This document shows, piece by piece, positions 1 through 10,215 of a DNA stretch of 64,000 nucleotides. Under the pieces are notes generated by a model. That model was given only the letters and a program-made list of their open reading frames with translations. It made no database searches and was not told where the DNA came from. The DNA is taken from NCBI GenBank assembly GCA_041483195.1, contig JBGPFC010000001.1, positions 32,001-96,000 on the forward strand. The letters run 5' to 3'. Position 1 is the first letter of the stretch. The number at the start of each line of letters is the position of its first letter. The position numbers and the translations under genes were made by a program. Source of the stretch: Candidatus Eiseniibacteriota bacterium. GTDB taxonomy: Bacteria > Eisenbacteria > RBG-16-71-46.

Positions 1-309
1 CTGCGCTCGAACCTCGCGAATCAGGTGGATCAGGTCCGCCAGGGCGTGGCGCGCTACTTCCCAGCGGGAACCCGGGTCAGTCGCCCGGCGGGCGGATACA
101 TGCTCTGGGTCGAGCTGCCGAAGCGCACCGACGCGATCCAGCTCCATCACGCGGCGCTCTCCCGCCGGATCAGCGTGCTCCCGGGCCCGATGTGCACCAC
201 CACGCGGCGCTACCAGAATTTCATGCGACTCAGTTGCGGACACGTGTGGACCGAGGCGCACGAGCGGGCGCTCATCGCGCTCGGCCGTCTGTGCGAGCGA
301 ACCCGCTGA
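1..309 (+). CDS. PLP-dependent aminotransferase class I/II (MocR/GntR-type), C-terminal part, 5'-truncated by the window edge
   Basis: Motifs RPAGGYMLWVELP, ISVLPG and FMRLSCG are typical of the MocR/ARO8 C-terminus. Confidence 0.85.
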   Translation: MRSNLANQVDQVRQGVARYFPAGTRVSRPAGGYMLWVELPKRTDAIQLHHAALSRRISVLPGPMCTTTRRYQNFMRLSCGHVWTEAHERALIALGRLCERTR

Positions 310-316
310 GGTGCGG

Positions 317-2323
317 CTACTGCCTCACGCGTCGCGACGGAAGCGGAACGACTGTCACGTCGCTGAGCGTCTTGGTGTTCAGCAGCATGTCAGCGGCGGC
401 CGTGGCACGCTCATAGGATCGGTAGGCGCCGAGCACGATGCGGTACGTATTGCCCCCGTCATCGGCGGCGGTAACGACCCAGCCTTCGATCCCGGTCAGA
501 GTGTGCATCCGATCCCGCTGTTCGAGCGCGCTCTCGAGGTCGAGGTAACCGCCGACGTCCAGCGTGTAGGCCCGATTGGACCTCGTCGTCGAACCATCCA
601 AGGAGTTTTCGTCGACGCGTGCCAAGGGAGATGGCCCCGCGATACGAGAATCAGCCCGGGGAACACCGGACGATGACGCGTTGTCGGCGTCTGGTGGCGT
701 GGAGGAGAGCGCGTTGTCGGCGTTCGGTGGCGCCGTGGTTGGCGCCTTGTCGGCGACCTGTTGCGCGGTGGATGACGCCTTGTGCGCAACCTTCGGTGCG
801 GCGGCGGTCGTCATGACTCTGGCGACTCGCCCGGCGCGACCGCGCGCGAGGCCGCCCGCCCGCATCACCAGCACGACCGCGGTGACCACCACCATCGCCG
901 CGAGCAATGCGGTCGTCGCGAAGCGCAGGCCGCCGCGGCGTCTCGAGCGGGTTCGTGGCCGCGCGCGGTTCTGAGGGCGTCGGGGCGGTGGAGGCGTCTC
1001 CTCCGCGCCCTGCGTTCCCGCGTCGCTCGCATCGGACGGTTCCGCCGCCCAGGATGATTGAGCGAGCGCCTGCGATGAGAGTTGCAGCGGCCCCTTGTCT
1101 CCGACGAAGCGCGCCACCCATTCGCGCGCATCCTGTTTCGCCGGCGGCGTGAATGCCGGCGTGGCGTCTGCTTCGACGCGCGCCGCGCTCGCACTCTTGA
1201 CCGCAGGGCTGGTGCCGGCCGGTGTTGCCGAGGGCGCCGGCGCGCGAACGGCCGCCTCCGCTTTCGGCGAAGGCTGAGGCTTGGGGGCCGGGGCCGGCGC
1301 GACGGCCGGAGCGGAAGTCGGTCGCACGACCGCGACCGGAGCCGGCGCGACAACCGGCGCCGGAGTCGGTCGCGCGACAGCGGCCGGGGCCGGCGCGACA
1401 ACCGGAGCCGGTGTCGGCGCGACAACCGGCACCTTCGCCGGTGCGACAGCGCGCGGCGAAGTAATCGGCGCCGGTGAGTCCTCAGGGCCGGCATCGTCCG
1501 AGTCATCGAAGTTGCCCGTCGGAACGAGGAGCCCCAGCGCCGCCGCCGCGGTCTGCACGTGCTCCGCCCCCACCGTCTGGTCGCCCCACGCGCGCGCGAC
1601 GCGCAGCGCCTCGGCGGCGAGCGCGTTGATCTGGCGCGGCACGCCGCCGGTGCGCGCCGCGATGTCGCGGCAGGTCTTGCGCGAGAACAGGCCCGGCCCA
1701 TCGCCCGAGGCGGCGGTGACCCGATGATGGAGGTATCGCCGAGTCTCCGCGGCCGGCAGCGGCTCGAGCTTCGCGTGCACCGAGACGCGCTGGCGGAGTG
1801 CGACGAGCGCCGGCTCGTTGAGCTTCGCTTCGAGCGTCGGCAGGCCGATGAGCATGACCTCGAGCGGCCGGCGAACCTGCTGCGCGGCGTTGACCAAGAG
1901 GCGCAGCACCTCGAGCAGCTCCGGCGACAGGCCGTGCGCGTCGTCGACGATCAGCGTCGCGACCTGGCCGCGACTCGTGATCTCCCCGAGCGCCCGCTCG
2001 ACGCATGCGACGAGCTTCGACCGGCTGGCGCCGTCCGGAGGCTCGGCGCCGAAGCGCCGAATGATCTCTTCGAGGAACTCGGCGACCGTCAGCGCGGGGT
2101 ACGCGATGAATGCCGCCGTCACGCGCGAGCCCCAGCGCGCGACCGCCTCGTACGCGAGCGTGGTCTTGCCGGTCCCGGGACCGCCGGTGACGAGCAGGAA
2201 CGGTTCGCGCGCTCCGAGTCCATCGTCCAGCCGGCGCAGCGCTTCCCCACCGCCGGGGGTCTCGAGGAAAGATTCGCGCGAGTAGACCGGGGTGAATGGG
2301 TGATCGGGAGTCACGTCGGGCAC
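317..2323 (-). CDS. ExeA/GspA-like AAA ATPase with Pro/Ala-rich linker, TM helix and C-terminal SPOR domain
   Basis: Walker A GGPGTGKTT, Walker B LIVDDAH, TGGVPRQINAL, hydrophobic segment ALLAAMVVVTAVVLV, SPOR-like tail YRIVLGAYRSYERATAAA. Confidence 0.85.
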   Translation of the reverse strand: MPDVTPDHPFTPVYSRESFLETPGGGEALRRLDDGLGAREPFLLVTGGPGTGKTTLAYEAVARWGSRVTAAFIAYPALTVAEFLEEIIRRFGAEPPDGASRSKLVACVERALGEITSRGQVATLIVDDAHGLSPELLEVLRLLVNAAQQVRRPLEVMLIGLPTLEAKLNEPALVALRQRVSVHAKLEPLPAAETRRYLHHRVTAASGDGPGLFSRKTCRDIAARTGGVPRQINALAAEALRVARAWGDQTVGAEHVQTAAAALGLLVPTGNFDDSDDAGPEDSPAPITSPRAVAPAKVPVVAPTPAPVVAPAPAAVARPTPAPVVAPAPVAVVRPTSAPAVAPAPAPKPQPSPKAEAAVRAPAPSATPAGTSPAVKSASAARVEADATPAFTPPAKQDAREWVARFVGDKGPLQLSSQALAQSSWAAEPSDASDAGTQGAEETPPPPRRPQNRARPRTRSRRRGGLRFATTALLAAMVVVTAVVLVMRAGGLARGRAGRVARVMTTAAAPKVAHKASSTAQQVADKAPTTAPPNADNALSSTPPDADNASSSGVPRADSRIAGPSPLARVDENSLDGSTTRSNRAYTLDVGGYLDLESALEQRDRMHTLTGIEGWVVTAADDGGNTYRIVLGAYRSYERATAAADMLLNTKTLSDVTVVPLPSRRVRQ
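1286..1432 (-). repeat. Intragenic ~45-bp tandem repeat encoding PTPAPVVAPAPAAVAR-like units
   Basis: About three imperfect units visible in DNA (gccggcgcgacaaccgg recurs) and in the protein. Confidence 0.7.
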
Positions 2324-2431
2324 TCGAGGGTTCGTGGCCGGCCGGGATGGCGGGTCTCAGTAGTTTTCGGCGGGCGGGCCCGCCAACCTGAGGGCGTTGT
2401 CCGGGCCGCGGCCGGCGCCGGCCACGGGGGT

Positions 2432-2488
2432 TCAGCCCGCCGCCCTCCCCGCCACCGTCCCGCTGATCCCCGCCCATTGGAAATTGAA
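2432..2488 (-). repeat. Orphan copy of the 3' end of the HI0933-family gene (FNFQWAGISGTVAGRAAG*), att-like
   Basis: 42/54 nt identical to 18141-18194; frame and stop codon conserved; begins 5 nt after the CzcA stop. Confidence 0.9.
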
Positions 2489-2493
2489 CGCCA

Positions 2494-5400
2494 TCAATCC
2501 CTGGCTGGTTCGTGAGGCGTGGGAGTGACCTGCCGGCGTTTCCGATGTGTCAGCGCGTACAACGTCGGCAGCACCAGGAGCGTGAGCAGAGTCGAAGAGA
2601 TGATGCCGCCTATCACCACGGTCGCGAGCGGCCGCTGAACCTCTGCGCCGGTCCCGGTGGCGAGCGCCATGGGCACGAAGCCGAACGCGGCAACCAGGGC
2701 GGTCATGAGAATGGGCCTCAGCCGTCGCGTGCAGCCATCCAGGATCGCGAGATCGACGTCCAGACCGTCCATGACCCGCTGGCGGACGAAGGAGAGCAGC
2801 ACGAGACCATTGAGGACGGCAACGCCCGAGAGCGCGATGAAACCGATTCCCGCCGTGATCGAGAACGGCATGTGGCGCGTCGCGAGCGCGAGGACGCCTC
2901 CGGTCAGCGCCAGAGGCACGCCGCTGAAGACCACGAGCGCATCGCGTAATGAGCCGAAGGCGAGGACGAGGGAAACCAGCACCAGCACGAGCGCCATCGG
3001 CACGACGATCGCGAGCCGGTTGCGGGCCGTCACCAGATTCTCGAACTGCCCGCCCCATCCCAGCCAGTAGCCGGCCGGAATCGAAACTCTCTCGTCGACG
3101 CCCCGCCGAACGTCGGCCACGAATGAGGCGAGATCCCGACCCCGGACGTTCGCTTGCACCACGACGCGTCGCTTGCCGTTCTCGCGACTGACCTGATTCG
3201 GCCCTTCCTCGAGCCGGATGTGCGCCACGGTGCTCAAGGGCACGAACTCGATGCGCGATGCACCCGGCGCGGCTGAACCGTCATGGCCATGCCCCGCGAT
3301 TGGGATCGGCAGCAGTTCGAGCGCCGCCACATCACGCCTCGATGGCTCGGGCAGGCGGACCACGATGGGAAACCGCCGATCTCCCGCGAACAACTCCCCG
3401 GCCTGCGTGCCACCGAGTGCCGTCCTCACCACGTTCTGGACGTCGGCGAGGTCGAGCCCGAAGCGGGCCACCGCACGGCGGTCGATGTCGATCGCGAGTG
3501 AAGGCAGCCCCGTCACCTGCTCGACCTTGACGTCGGTGGCGCCCGGCACGGCTCGCACGATGCGCGCGATACGATTCGCGGTGGTGAGCATCGTGTCGAG
3601 ATCGTCCCCGAACACCTTGATCGCAAGATCGCTTCGCACCCCGGCGATGAGCTCGTTGAAGCGCATCTGGATGGGCTGGGTGAACTCGTATGCGTTTCCC
3701 GGGAGCACCGAAAGCCGCCGCTCCATCTCCTCCACCACTTCGGCCTTCGGCCGCCTGGGGTCCGGCCATTGCCGACGGGGCTTCATGATCACGTAAGTGT
3801 CGCCGGTGCTGATCGGCATCGGGTCGTTCGCGACTTCGGCGGTGCCCAGGCGCGCGAAGACTTCCCGCACCTCGGGCATGGTGGCGATCACCGCTTCGAC
3901 CCGGTGTTGCATGATCACGGCCTGATCGACGCTGATGCCGGGCATGCGCACCGGTTGAATCAGGATGTCCTGCTCATCGAGCGTCGGCACGAACTCGCCG
4001 CCGAGACGCGTCGCGAGCACCGTGCACGCCACCAGCAGCACGCCGGTGCCGGTCAGCACGACCGCTCGGTGCGCCAGCGACCACCGCAGCACCGGCACGT
4101 ACGCGTGGCGGACGCGGCGCACGACCGGGCTCTCCGTTTCGGCGAGGCGCCCGCGCAGCAGCAGCGCGGTCATGGCGGGCACGAACGTGAAGGCGAGCAG
4201 CAGCGCCCCGGTGAGCGCCAGGAGCACGACCTCGGCGAGCGGGCGGAACATCTTCCCCTCGATGCCGGCGAGCGTCAGGATCGGCAGATAGACGATCAGG
4301 ATGATCCCGGTCCCGAACAGCGTCGGGCGCGCGACTTCCCGCGCGCTGGAGTAGCTCAGGACGAGCCGCTCGGGGAGGGTGAGCACGCGCCCGACTTCCT
4401 GCTGGCGCTGGCTCAGCCGACGCAGGATGTTCTCGACCATCACCACCGCGCCATCGACGATGATGCCGAAATCGATCGCTCCGAGACTGAGCAGGTTGGC
4501 GCTGACGCGACCCTGCACCATTCCGGTCACCGCGAAGAGCATCGAGAGCGGAATGACCAACGCCACGATCAGGGCGCCGACCCAGTTCCCGAGCAGCGCG
4601 AACAGCACCGCGATCACGAGGATGGCGCCCTCGAGCAGATTCTTGCGCACCGTGTCGAGCGTGGCGTCGACGAGCCGCGTGCGATCGTAGACGGGCCTCG
4701 CCACGACCCCGGGCGGCAACGAGCGACCGACCTCCTTCAGGCGTTCTCCGACCCGCTTCGCGACCGCGCGGCTGTTCTCGCCGAACAGCATGATGGCCGT
4801 GCCGATGACCGTCTCCGCCCCGCGGCTGGTCGCCGCGCCGGTGCGCAGCTCCTGTCCAAGCCCGACCGTGGCGACATCACCGACATGGATCGGCACACCG
4901 CTGCGCGTGGCGACTACGATCCGCTCGATGTCGTCGGGAGACGACAATCGCCCGTCGGTATGGACGAGGTACTGCTCGCCCTTGTGCGGCAGGAAGCCTG
5001 CCCCGACCGCCTGGTTGTTGTGTTCCAGCGCGAGCAGCACGTCGTCCAGCGTGAGGCCGTACGCCCGCAGCTGAGCGGGATCGGGTTGCACGTCGTACTG
5101 CTTCCGGAACCCGCCGATGGTGTTGACCTCGGTCACGCCGGGAACGGTCCGGATCTGCGGCTTGATGATCCAGTCCTGGATCTCGCGAAGGTCGGTGGCG
5201 GTGTAAATCGTGCCGTCCGCCTTGCGCGCATCCGGCCGCGCTTCGACCTCCCAGTGGAAGATCTCGCCCAGCCCGGTCGCGATCGGGCCCATCATGGGTT
5301 CGGCGATGCCGCGCGGAAGGCTTTCCCGCGCCTCTTGCATGCGCTCGTTGACGAGTTGCCGGGCGAAGTAGATGTCGGTGCCGTCGCGAAACACCACCGT

Positions 5401-5715
5401 GACCTGCGAGAGTCCGTAGCGCGACAGCGATCGGGTCTCCGCCAGGCCGGGCAGGCCCGACATCGCGGTCTCGATCGGAAACGTGACCCGCCGCTCGATC
5501 TCCAGAGGCGGCAGGCCCTCGACGATCGTGTTGACCTGGACCTGCACGTTGGTGATGTCCGGCACGGCGTCGATGGGAAGACGGCGGAGATTGAAAATCC
5601 CAAGACCCGCAACAGCCGCGGTCACGGCCACCACCGCCCAGCGATGTGCGACCGAGAAGTGGAGTGTGCGTTCGAGCAGCGTGCGGGCCTCCGGCAGGTC
5701 CGAGTCAGTCTTCAT
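2494..5715 (-). CDS. czcA: CusA/CzcA-family heavy-metal RND efflux transporter
   Basis: 1073 aa; LPIDAVPDITNVQVQ, SLGAIDFGIIVDGAVVMVEN, RLRPILMTALVA, GAEVQRPLATVVIGG. Confidence 0.95.
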   Translation of the reverse strand: MKTDSDLPEARTLLERTLHFSVAHRWAVVAVTAAVAGLGIFNLRRLPIDAVPDITNVQVQVNTIVEGLPPLEIERRVTFPIETAMSGLPGLAETRSLSRYGLSQVTVVFRDGTDIYFARQLVNERMQEARESLPRGIAEPMMGPIATGLGEIFHWEVEARPDARKADGTIYTATDLREIQDWIIKPQIRTVPGVTEVNTIGGFRKQYDVQPDPAQLRAYGLTLDDVLLALEHNNQAVGAGFLPHKGEQYLVHTDGRLSSPDDIERIVVATRSGVPIHVGDVATVGLGQELRTGAATSRGAETVIGTAIMLFGENSRAVAKRVGERLKEVGRSLPPGVVARPVYDRTRLVDATLDTVRKNLLEGAILVIAVLFALLGNWVGALIVALVIPLSMLFAVTGMVQGRVSANLLSLGAIDFGIIVDGAVVMVENILRRLSQRQQEVGRVLTLPERLVLSYSSAREVARPTLFGTGIILIVYLPILTLAGIEGKMFRPLAEVVLLALTGALLLAFTFVPAMTALLLRGRLAETESPVVRRVRHAYVPVLRWSLAHRAVVLTGTGVLLVACTVLATRLGGEFVPTLDEQDILIQPVRMPGISVDQAVIMQHRVEAVIATMPEVREVFARLGTAEVANDPMPISTGDTYVIMKPRRQWPDPRRPKAEVVEEMERRLSVLPGNAYEFTQPIQMRFNELIAGVRSDLAIKVFGDDLDTMLTTANRIARIVRAVPGATDVKVEQVTGLPSLAIDIDRRAVARFGLDLADVQNVVRTALGGTQAGELFAGDRRFPIVVRLPEPSRRDVAALELLPIPIAGHGHDGSAAPGASRIEFVPLSTVAHIRLEEGPNQVSRENGKRRVVVQANVRGRDLASFVADVRRGVDERVSIPAGYWLGWGGQFENLVTARNRLAIVVPMALVLVLVSLVLAFGSLRDALVVFSGVPLALTGGVLALATRHMPFSITAGIGFIALSGVAVLNGLVLLSFVRQRVMDGLDVDLAILDGCTRRLRPILMTALVAAFGFVPMALATGTGAEVQRPLATVVIGGIISSTLLTLLVLPTLYALTHRKRRQVTPTPHEPARD

Positions 5716-6661
5716 CGCCGCCCGCTTCCTTCTCGAGTTCCGCCTTCAGCCAGAACGCGTTCCGGGTGACGATGCGCGCGCCGCGTTCGAGTCCCGTGAC
5801 GATCTCGGTCATCGTTCCGTCGCTTCGGCCCAGCGTCACGGGTTGTACCTCGAACCCGGACGAGTCGGCGCGGAATACGGCGGCGCCCGTGCCCACGCGG
5901 ACGATCGCGTCCTCCGGCACCGCCACCGGCACCGTGACGCGCTCGAGCACCACGACCGCGGTCACGAGGCGTCCGGGCTGCCAGCGGCCATCGGGGTTCG
6001 GAAGCACGACGCGCGCGTAGGTGGTGCGCGTATCCACGTCGAGCACCGGCCCGACGTAGCTGATCGTGCCGGACGCCGAGGTCGCCGGCCCCCCCGCCGC
6101 CCGCACGTGGACGCGTTGCCCACTTCGAATCCTGCCGAGTTGCTCCACGTAGATCGGAACGTCGAGCCATACGCTGGACAGATCCGAGACCGTGTACAGG
6201 ACCGACCCCAGGTCCACCGCCGCTCCAGGGCTAGCCGGGCGAGCGACGATCGTCCCGCCCATCGGGGCGGACACGACGTAGCCGCTGAGGCTCTCATTGC
6301 TCAGGATCTCGGCCAACGGCTGCCCGCGGGAGACGCGGCTCCCCAGCTCCGCGAGCAACGTCGTCACGCGACCCGGGTAGGTCGGCCGCACATCGACGCT
6401 GCGCTCGGCGTTCAACTTGATCTCGCCCGGCAGCTCGAGGGTGACGTCGGTCGGCTGGGCCCCGGACCTGCCGACGGCGATCCCGGCGCCGCGGACCGCC
6501 TCGGGCGACAGAGTCACGAGGGCCCCGCCATGCGATCCGGTGCGCGGCGCTGCCTCGTGCTCGGCGACCTCGGGCGGCTGCTTCGCGCAGCCGGAAACGG
6601 CCATTGCGTGCGCCAGCAGGACGGCCGTCAGCAGAGTTGCTGTTCGCCATGGGCGGTTCAT
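5705..6661 (-). CDS. czcB: RND periplasmic adaptor (CzcB/CusB-like), probable lipoprotein
   Basis: Lipobox-like VSGC, biotinyl-like halves, DTRT motif; overlaps czcA start. Confidence 0.9.
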   Translation of the reverse strand: MNRPWRTATLLTAVLLAHAMAVSGCAKQPPEVAEHEAAPRTGSHGGALVTLSPEAVRGAGIAVGRSGAQPTDVTLELPGEIKLNAERSVDVRPTYPGRVTTLLAELGSRVSRGQPLAEILSNESLSGYVVSAPMGGTIVARPASPGAAVDLGSVLYTVSDLSSVWLDVPIYVEQLGRIRSGQRVHVRAAGGPATSASGTISYVGPVLDVDTRTTYARVVLPNPDGRWQPGRLVTAVVVLERVTVPVAVPEDAIVRVGTGAAVFRADSSGFEVQPVTLGRSDGTMTEIVTGLERGARIVTRNAFWLKAELEKEAGGDED

Positions 6662-7947
6662 CGCGCCTCCTTCGGGGTGAGAAGCCCGGTGCCCGCCAGG
6701 AACTCGAGCCGCAAGTGCGCGCGCCAGAGCTCGGCCTGTGCGTCGATGAGCGCGAGCTCGGTGTCGAGCAGGTTGGATTGCTCGGCAACGAGATCGAGGT
6801 AGCTCGACCGACCCATTCGATAGCCGCGGAGCAACTCGTCGACGATCTGCTCACGGGCCGGACGCACGCGAAGACGGAGGGTGTCGTAGACGGCAGCGGC
6901 GGCCTTGATACGCTCCGCGGCGACCACGAACGAAATCTGAAGTCGCTGCTCCGTCGCTCGTCGTTCGGTTGTGGCCGCCTCGAGCTCGCGATGCGCCGCG
7001 GTGACGCCGCCACCCCCTCGGTTCCAAAGGGGCAGCGGCACTTCAGCCCCGACCAGGAATCCGCTGCCCTGCACTTCTTCGAGGCGTCTCACACCGCCAG
7101 ACAACGTGAGGTCTGGACTCCGGGCCGCGGCCGCCGCCTGCACGCGGGCGGAAGCGATGGCTTCGGTTGCCGCGGCGCGAGTCAGCTCGGGATGCGCCGA
7201 GAGCCGGGGCCACCATCCCGCGGTGTCGCTCGGCAGCACCTGCTCGGGGGCGACCAGGGAGTCGAACGTGGCCGTCACCGCGCCCCAGCTCAGGGCGAGC
7301 TCCCGGCGAGCAACAGTCAGATCCGACTCGGTGCGCTGACGCTCCACCGCTTGCGTCGTCGCCCGACTCTGCGCGCGCAGAATTTCCAGACGTGGTGACG
7401 CGCCGGCCTGAAATCGTTGCGTCGCCGCACGGATGGCTTGCTCGGTGAGCGCCTCGCCTTCCCGCAACCGTCCGAGTCGGGCCTGAAGCGACCACGCCGC
7501 AATGAATCGGTCCGCGGCCTGAGCCAGCGCGTCGCGACCGATCGTGCCCGCCTCGGCACTCGCGAGCCTGGACTCCGCCTCGGCAAGCCCCAGGCGCGCG
7601 CTTCGGTCGCCTCCGATCTCGAAGACCTGGCTGATGGCCATTGTGGCCTCTCGATGGCTCGCACCGAGTTGCCCGCCGAAGTTTTCCTCGGTCGCGTTCA
7701 GAGTCGGGTTCGGACGACGGCCGGCATCCCCGACCCGTGCGCGTGCGGCCTGAGCCCGCAGACCGGTCACCTGAAGCGTCGGTCCGTATCGGCTCGTGAG
7801 CGTGAGCGCACGTTCGAGGGTCAGGGGACCGGAAATGGCGGCGATGGTGTCCGGCGGCATGGGTGCCGCGATCGCCGTGGCCCGCGATGACACGAGAGCC
7901 ACGAGCATGATCGCGCAGCGGCAGCCGGCTCTCACGATTGAGAGCAC
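6658..7947 (-). CDS. czcC: TolC/CzcC-family outer-membrane efflux protein
   Basis: PNPTL, LPLWNRG and GRSSYLDL motifs; lies upstream of czcB/czcA; exact start uncertain. Confidence 0.9.
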   Translation of the reverse strand: MLSIVRAGCRCAIMLVALVSSRATAIAAPMPPDTIAAISGPLTLERALTLTSRYGPTLQVTGLRAQAARARVGDAGRRPNPTLNATEENFGGQLGASHREATMAISQVFEIGGDRSARLGLAEAESRLASAEAGTIGRDALAQAADRFIAAWSLQARLGRLREGEALTEQAIRAATQRFQAGASPRLEILRAQSRATTQAVERQRTESDLTVARRELALSWGAVTATFDSLVAPEQVLPSDTAGWWPRLSAHPELTRAAATEAIASARVQAAAAARSPDLTLSGGVRRLEEVQGSGFLVGAEVPLPLWNRGGGGVTAAHRELEAATTERRATEQRLQISFVVAAERIKAAAAVYDTLRLRVRPAREQIVDELLRGYRMGRSSYLDLVAEQSNLLDTELALIDAQAELWRAHLRLEFLAGTGLLTPKEAR

Positions 7948-8029
7948 GGAATGATCTCCTTCGAGCTAGAGGGTCCGACCGTGGGTGCACGAATTCGTGC
8001 GCCGTCTCAGATTCGGGCAGCTCGAGAGA

Positions 8030-8410
8030 TCAACAGCGGAGGATGGGAAAGTGCTTTCCGGGAGGTTCGCCGGCCCAGAAGCGACGGGCCCCGACAAGAG
8101 GCGCGGCGACGGCAGCTACATATGGTGTGACGAGCGGCAGAGCCGTCGTCAGCGCGCCGCGAGCCGCCGGCGCGATGCTCCTCAAGGCGGTGAACACCTC
8201 GTCCCGACACGGCCCACACTCCGCCGTTCCGGTCGCGCCGATCGTCGCCTCAGAATCACAGGTGGGCAACACCATGCATGCGCAGAATCCCGGCTCCAGC
8301 TTCTCGACCCCGTCTGCGGAGATGCAGACGGAACCGCTCGCCAGCGGAGGCATGACGATGAGCAGTTGGAGGAGCGCGAGCATTCGGGTGGGCCACTTCG
8401 GTGCGCGCAT
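8030..8410 (-). CDS. Small Cys-rich exported protein upstream of the RND operon
   Basis: Signal-like N-terminus; VCISADG, CAC and CGPCRD motifs; position typical of small accessory genes before czcCBA. Confidence 0.5.
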   Translation of the reverse strand: MRAPKWPTRMLALLQLLIVMPPLASGSVCISADGVEKLEPGFCACMVLPTCDSEATIGATGTAECGPCRDEVFTALRSIAPAARGALTTALPLVTPYVAAVAAPLVGARRFWAGEPPGKHFPILRC

Positions 8411-8486
8411 GGGTTCTCGACATTCGTGGAAATGCCGGCGCCGGTCAAGCTCGGGGCCGTCGCGGCAATCGTCGCTCGTGGGTCGA

Positions 8487-9047
8487 TCAGTCTCCCTCGA
8501 CGACAGGCAGCCCCTGGTCGATCCAGTCGTGCTGGAGGTTCTTGGCGATGTTGAGAACCCGGACGTCCGTGAATCCTATCTTGCGCGCGGCCCGAAACGC
8601 CGGGCGTACGTTGGGACAGTCGGCCCAGGGGCAGCAGCCGCAATACAACACCACCGCCTGCTCTCGCGGAATCTTCCGCAGTTCCTGCTGCAAGGCCGCC
8701 AATCCCTCCGGCTTCGAGGCGGGCCCAATGAACCGTGACCCCGGAATGTGTCCGGCTCGGAACAACACCTTGAACCCGACCTGCAGCACCACCGGTCGCT
8801 TTGCTGTCGTGTCGGCGAGGGCTCGCGCGAGGGCTTCGGGTTGGATCAGCTGCCCGGGCTGCGGCGGATCGGTGAGGCTCGACGCCAGGCGCAGCGAGTC
8901 CTCACCGCCCCGGGCTCGCGGGCCGGGTTCGCCGAAGACGGGGCGGTTGATCAGGGCGGGCAGGGCTATGGCGACAGCGGCCAGAGCCCCGAGCAAGACC
9001 GCGTGCAGGCGTGCGCGGAAGGATCGCGCGGACTCGAGGGCCGTCAC
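8487..9047 (-). CDS. Exported or membrane-anchored rhodanese-like domain protein
   Basis: GHIPGS and YCGCCPWADCPN motifs; GTG start overlaps the upstream stop (GTGA). Confidence 0.8.
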   Translation of the reverse strand: MTALESARSFRARLHAVLLGALAAVAIALPALINRPVFGEPGPRARGGEDSLRLASSLTDPPQPGQLIQPEALARALADTTAKRPVVLQVGFKVLFRAGHIPGSRFIGPASKPEGLAALQQELRKIPREQAVVLYCGCCPWADCPNVRPAFRAARKIGFTDVRVLNIAKNLQHDWIDQGLPVVEGD

Positions 9048-10201
9048 ATCCAGCCTCGGAGCCAGGATTGCTCCAGCAGCACCTTGCCGAGGTGCCATCG
9101 GCGGGATGGCTTGTCCAAGGACACGGCAGGCAACGGCTCGGCGTAGAAATTGCCCTTGCCGAAGCCGGCCTTGCCGTCTCCCGTTTCGACGAAACACTCG
9201 CCGAAGCCGGTGAAGCGAGCCTCTTCTCCTCGGCCGGTGATGGCTCGCGCGATGTTTTTCGCAACCACCTGGGCCGCGAAGTGAGCGAAGACACCCGCCT
9301 TGGGCAGTGGCTTGCCCAGCTTGAGCGGGACCGAGTTGACGTCCCCGATGGCGTAGACGTTCGGAACGCGCGTCACGAACGTGTTGCGATCCACCTCGAT
9401 CCAGCTCCCTTCCGCGCACAGTCCCGAGTCGCTCACCACGGAAGGCACGTGGTGCGGTGGAACGAATCCGAGCATGCCGTAGGACGCGGCCGCGCCGTTG
9501 GAGAAGTGGATGCTGCGCGCGGCCGGGTCGACACGAGTCACCTGATGCTCGGGTCGATAGTTGATTCCCTTGCCCTCGACCATCTGACGAACGGCCGCAG
9601 AGACGTGGGCCCCCGCCACGCCCATCGGGCCGGGCTCCGCGGTGAACATGTCGACCTGGACATGCTCGCGCACACGCCGCGCACGGCAGGCGGCCTCGAC
9701 CAGCATCGCGGCCTCATACGGCGCGGCCGGGCAGCGATAGGCCGGCGCCGCGGTGAGGATCACGACACGGCCACTGCGCAGCGAGGCAAGCTGGTCGCGG
9801 AAGGCACTCGCTCCTGCGAGGGAGTACAGATCGTGGCCGCCGTCGACCAGACCGGGGATCGCGCTCGCGGCCGTGGCGGCGCCAAGCGCGATCACGATGT
9901 GGTCGGCACTCGAGGTTCGGCCCGCCACCACGACCTCGCGTCGGGCGGCATCGATCCGTTCGATCTCGCCCGTCGTCACCGTCACGCCGCGGTGGACCAG
10001 CCGCCGCAGCGGCCGTGAGATCTGCTCCGGACGGCGCGCCCCGACCAACAGCCAGAGCAGCGACGGCGCGAAGAGGAACGTCTCCTCACGGTTGACGAGG
10101 ACAAGCTCGTGGGTCGCGGGGAGGCGCTTGCGAAGGTCGTTGGCGACCACGATCCCGCCGACTCCACCACCCAGCACGAGAACGCGCTGCGTTCCTCCCA
10201 C
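9044..10201 (-). CDS. Sulfide:quinone oxidoreductase / FCSD-like FAD-dependent oxidoreductase
   Basis: GGGVGG Rossmann motif, YRCPAAPYE, VYAIGD, LPKAGVFA, GECFVE; GGAGGAG RBS. Confidence 0.88.
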   Translation of the reverse strand: MGGTQRVLVLGGGVGGIVVANDLRKRLPATHELVLVNREETFLFAPSLLWLLVGARRPEQISRPLRRLVHRGVTVTTGEIERIDAARREVVVAGRTSSADHIVIALGAATAASAIPGLVDGGHDLYSLAGASAFRDQLASLRSGRVVILTAAPAYRCPAAPYEAAMLVEAACRARRVREHVQVDMFTAEPGPMGVAGAHVSAAVRQMVEGKGINYRPEHQVTRVDPAARSIHFSNGAAASYGMLGFVPPHHVPSVVSDSGLCAEGSWIEVDRNTFVTRVPNVYAIGDVNSVPLKLGKPLPKAGVFAHFAAQVVAKNIARAITGRGEEARFTGFGECFVETGDGKAGFGKGNFYAEPLPAVSLDKPSRRWHLGKVLLEQSWLRGWM

Positions 10202-10215
10202 GTCTCCTCCCTCGA

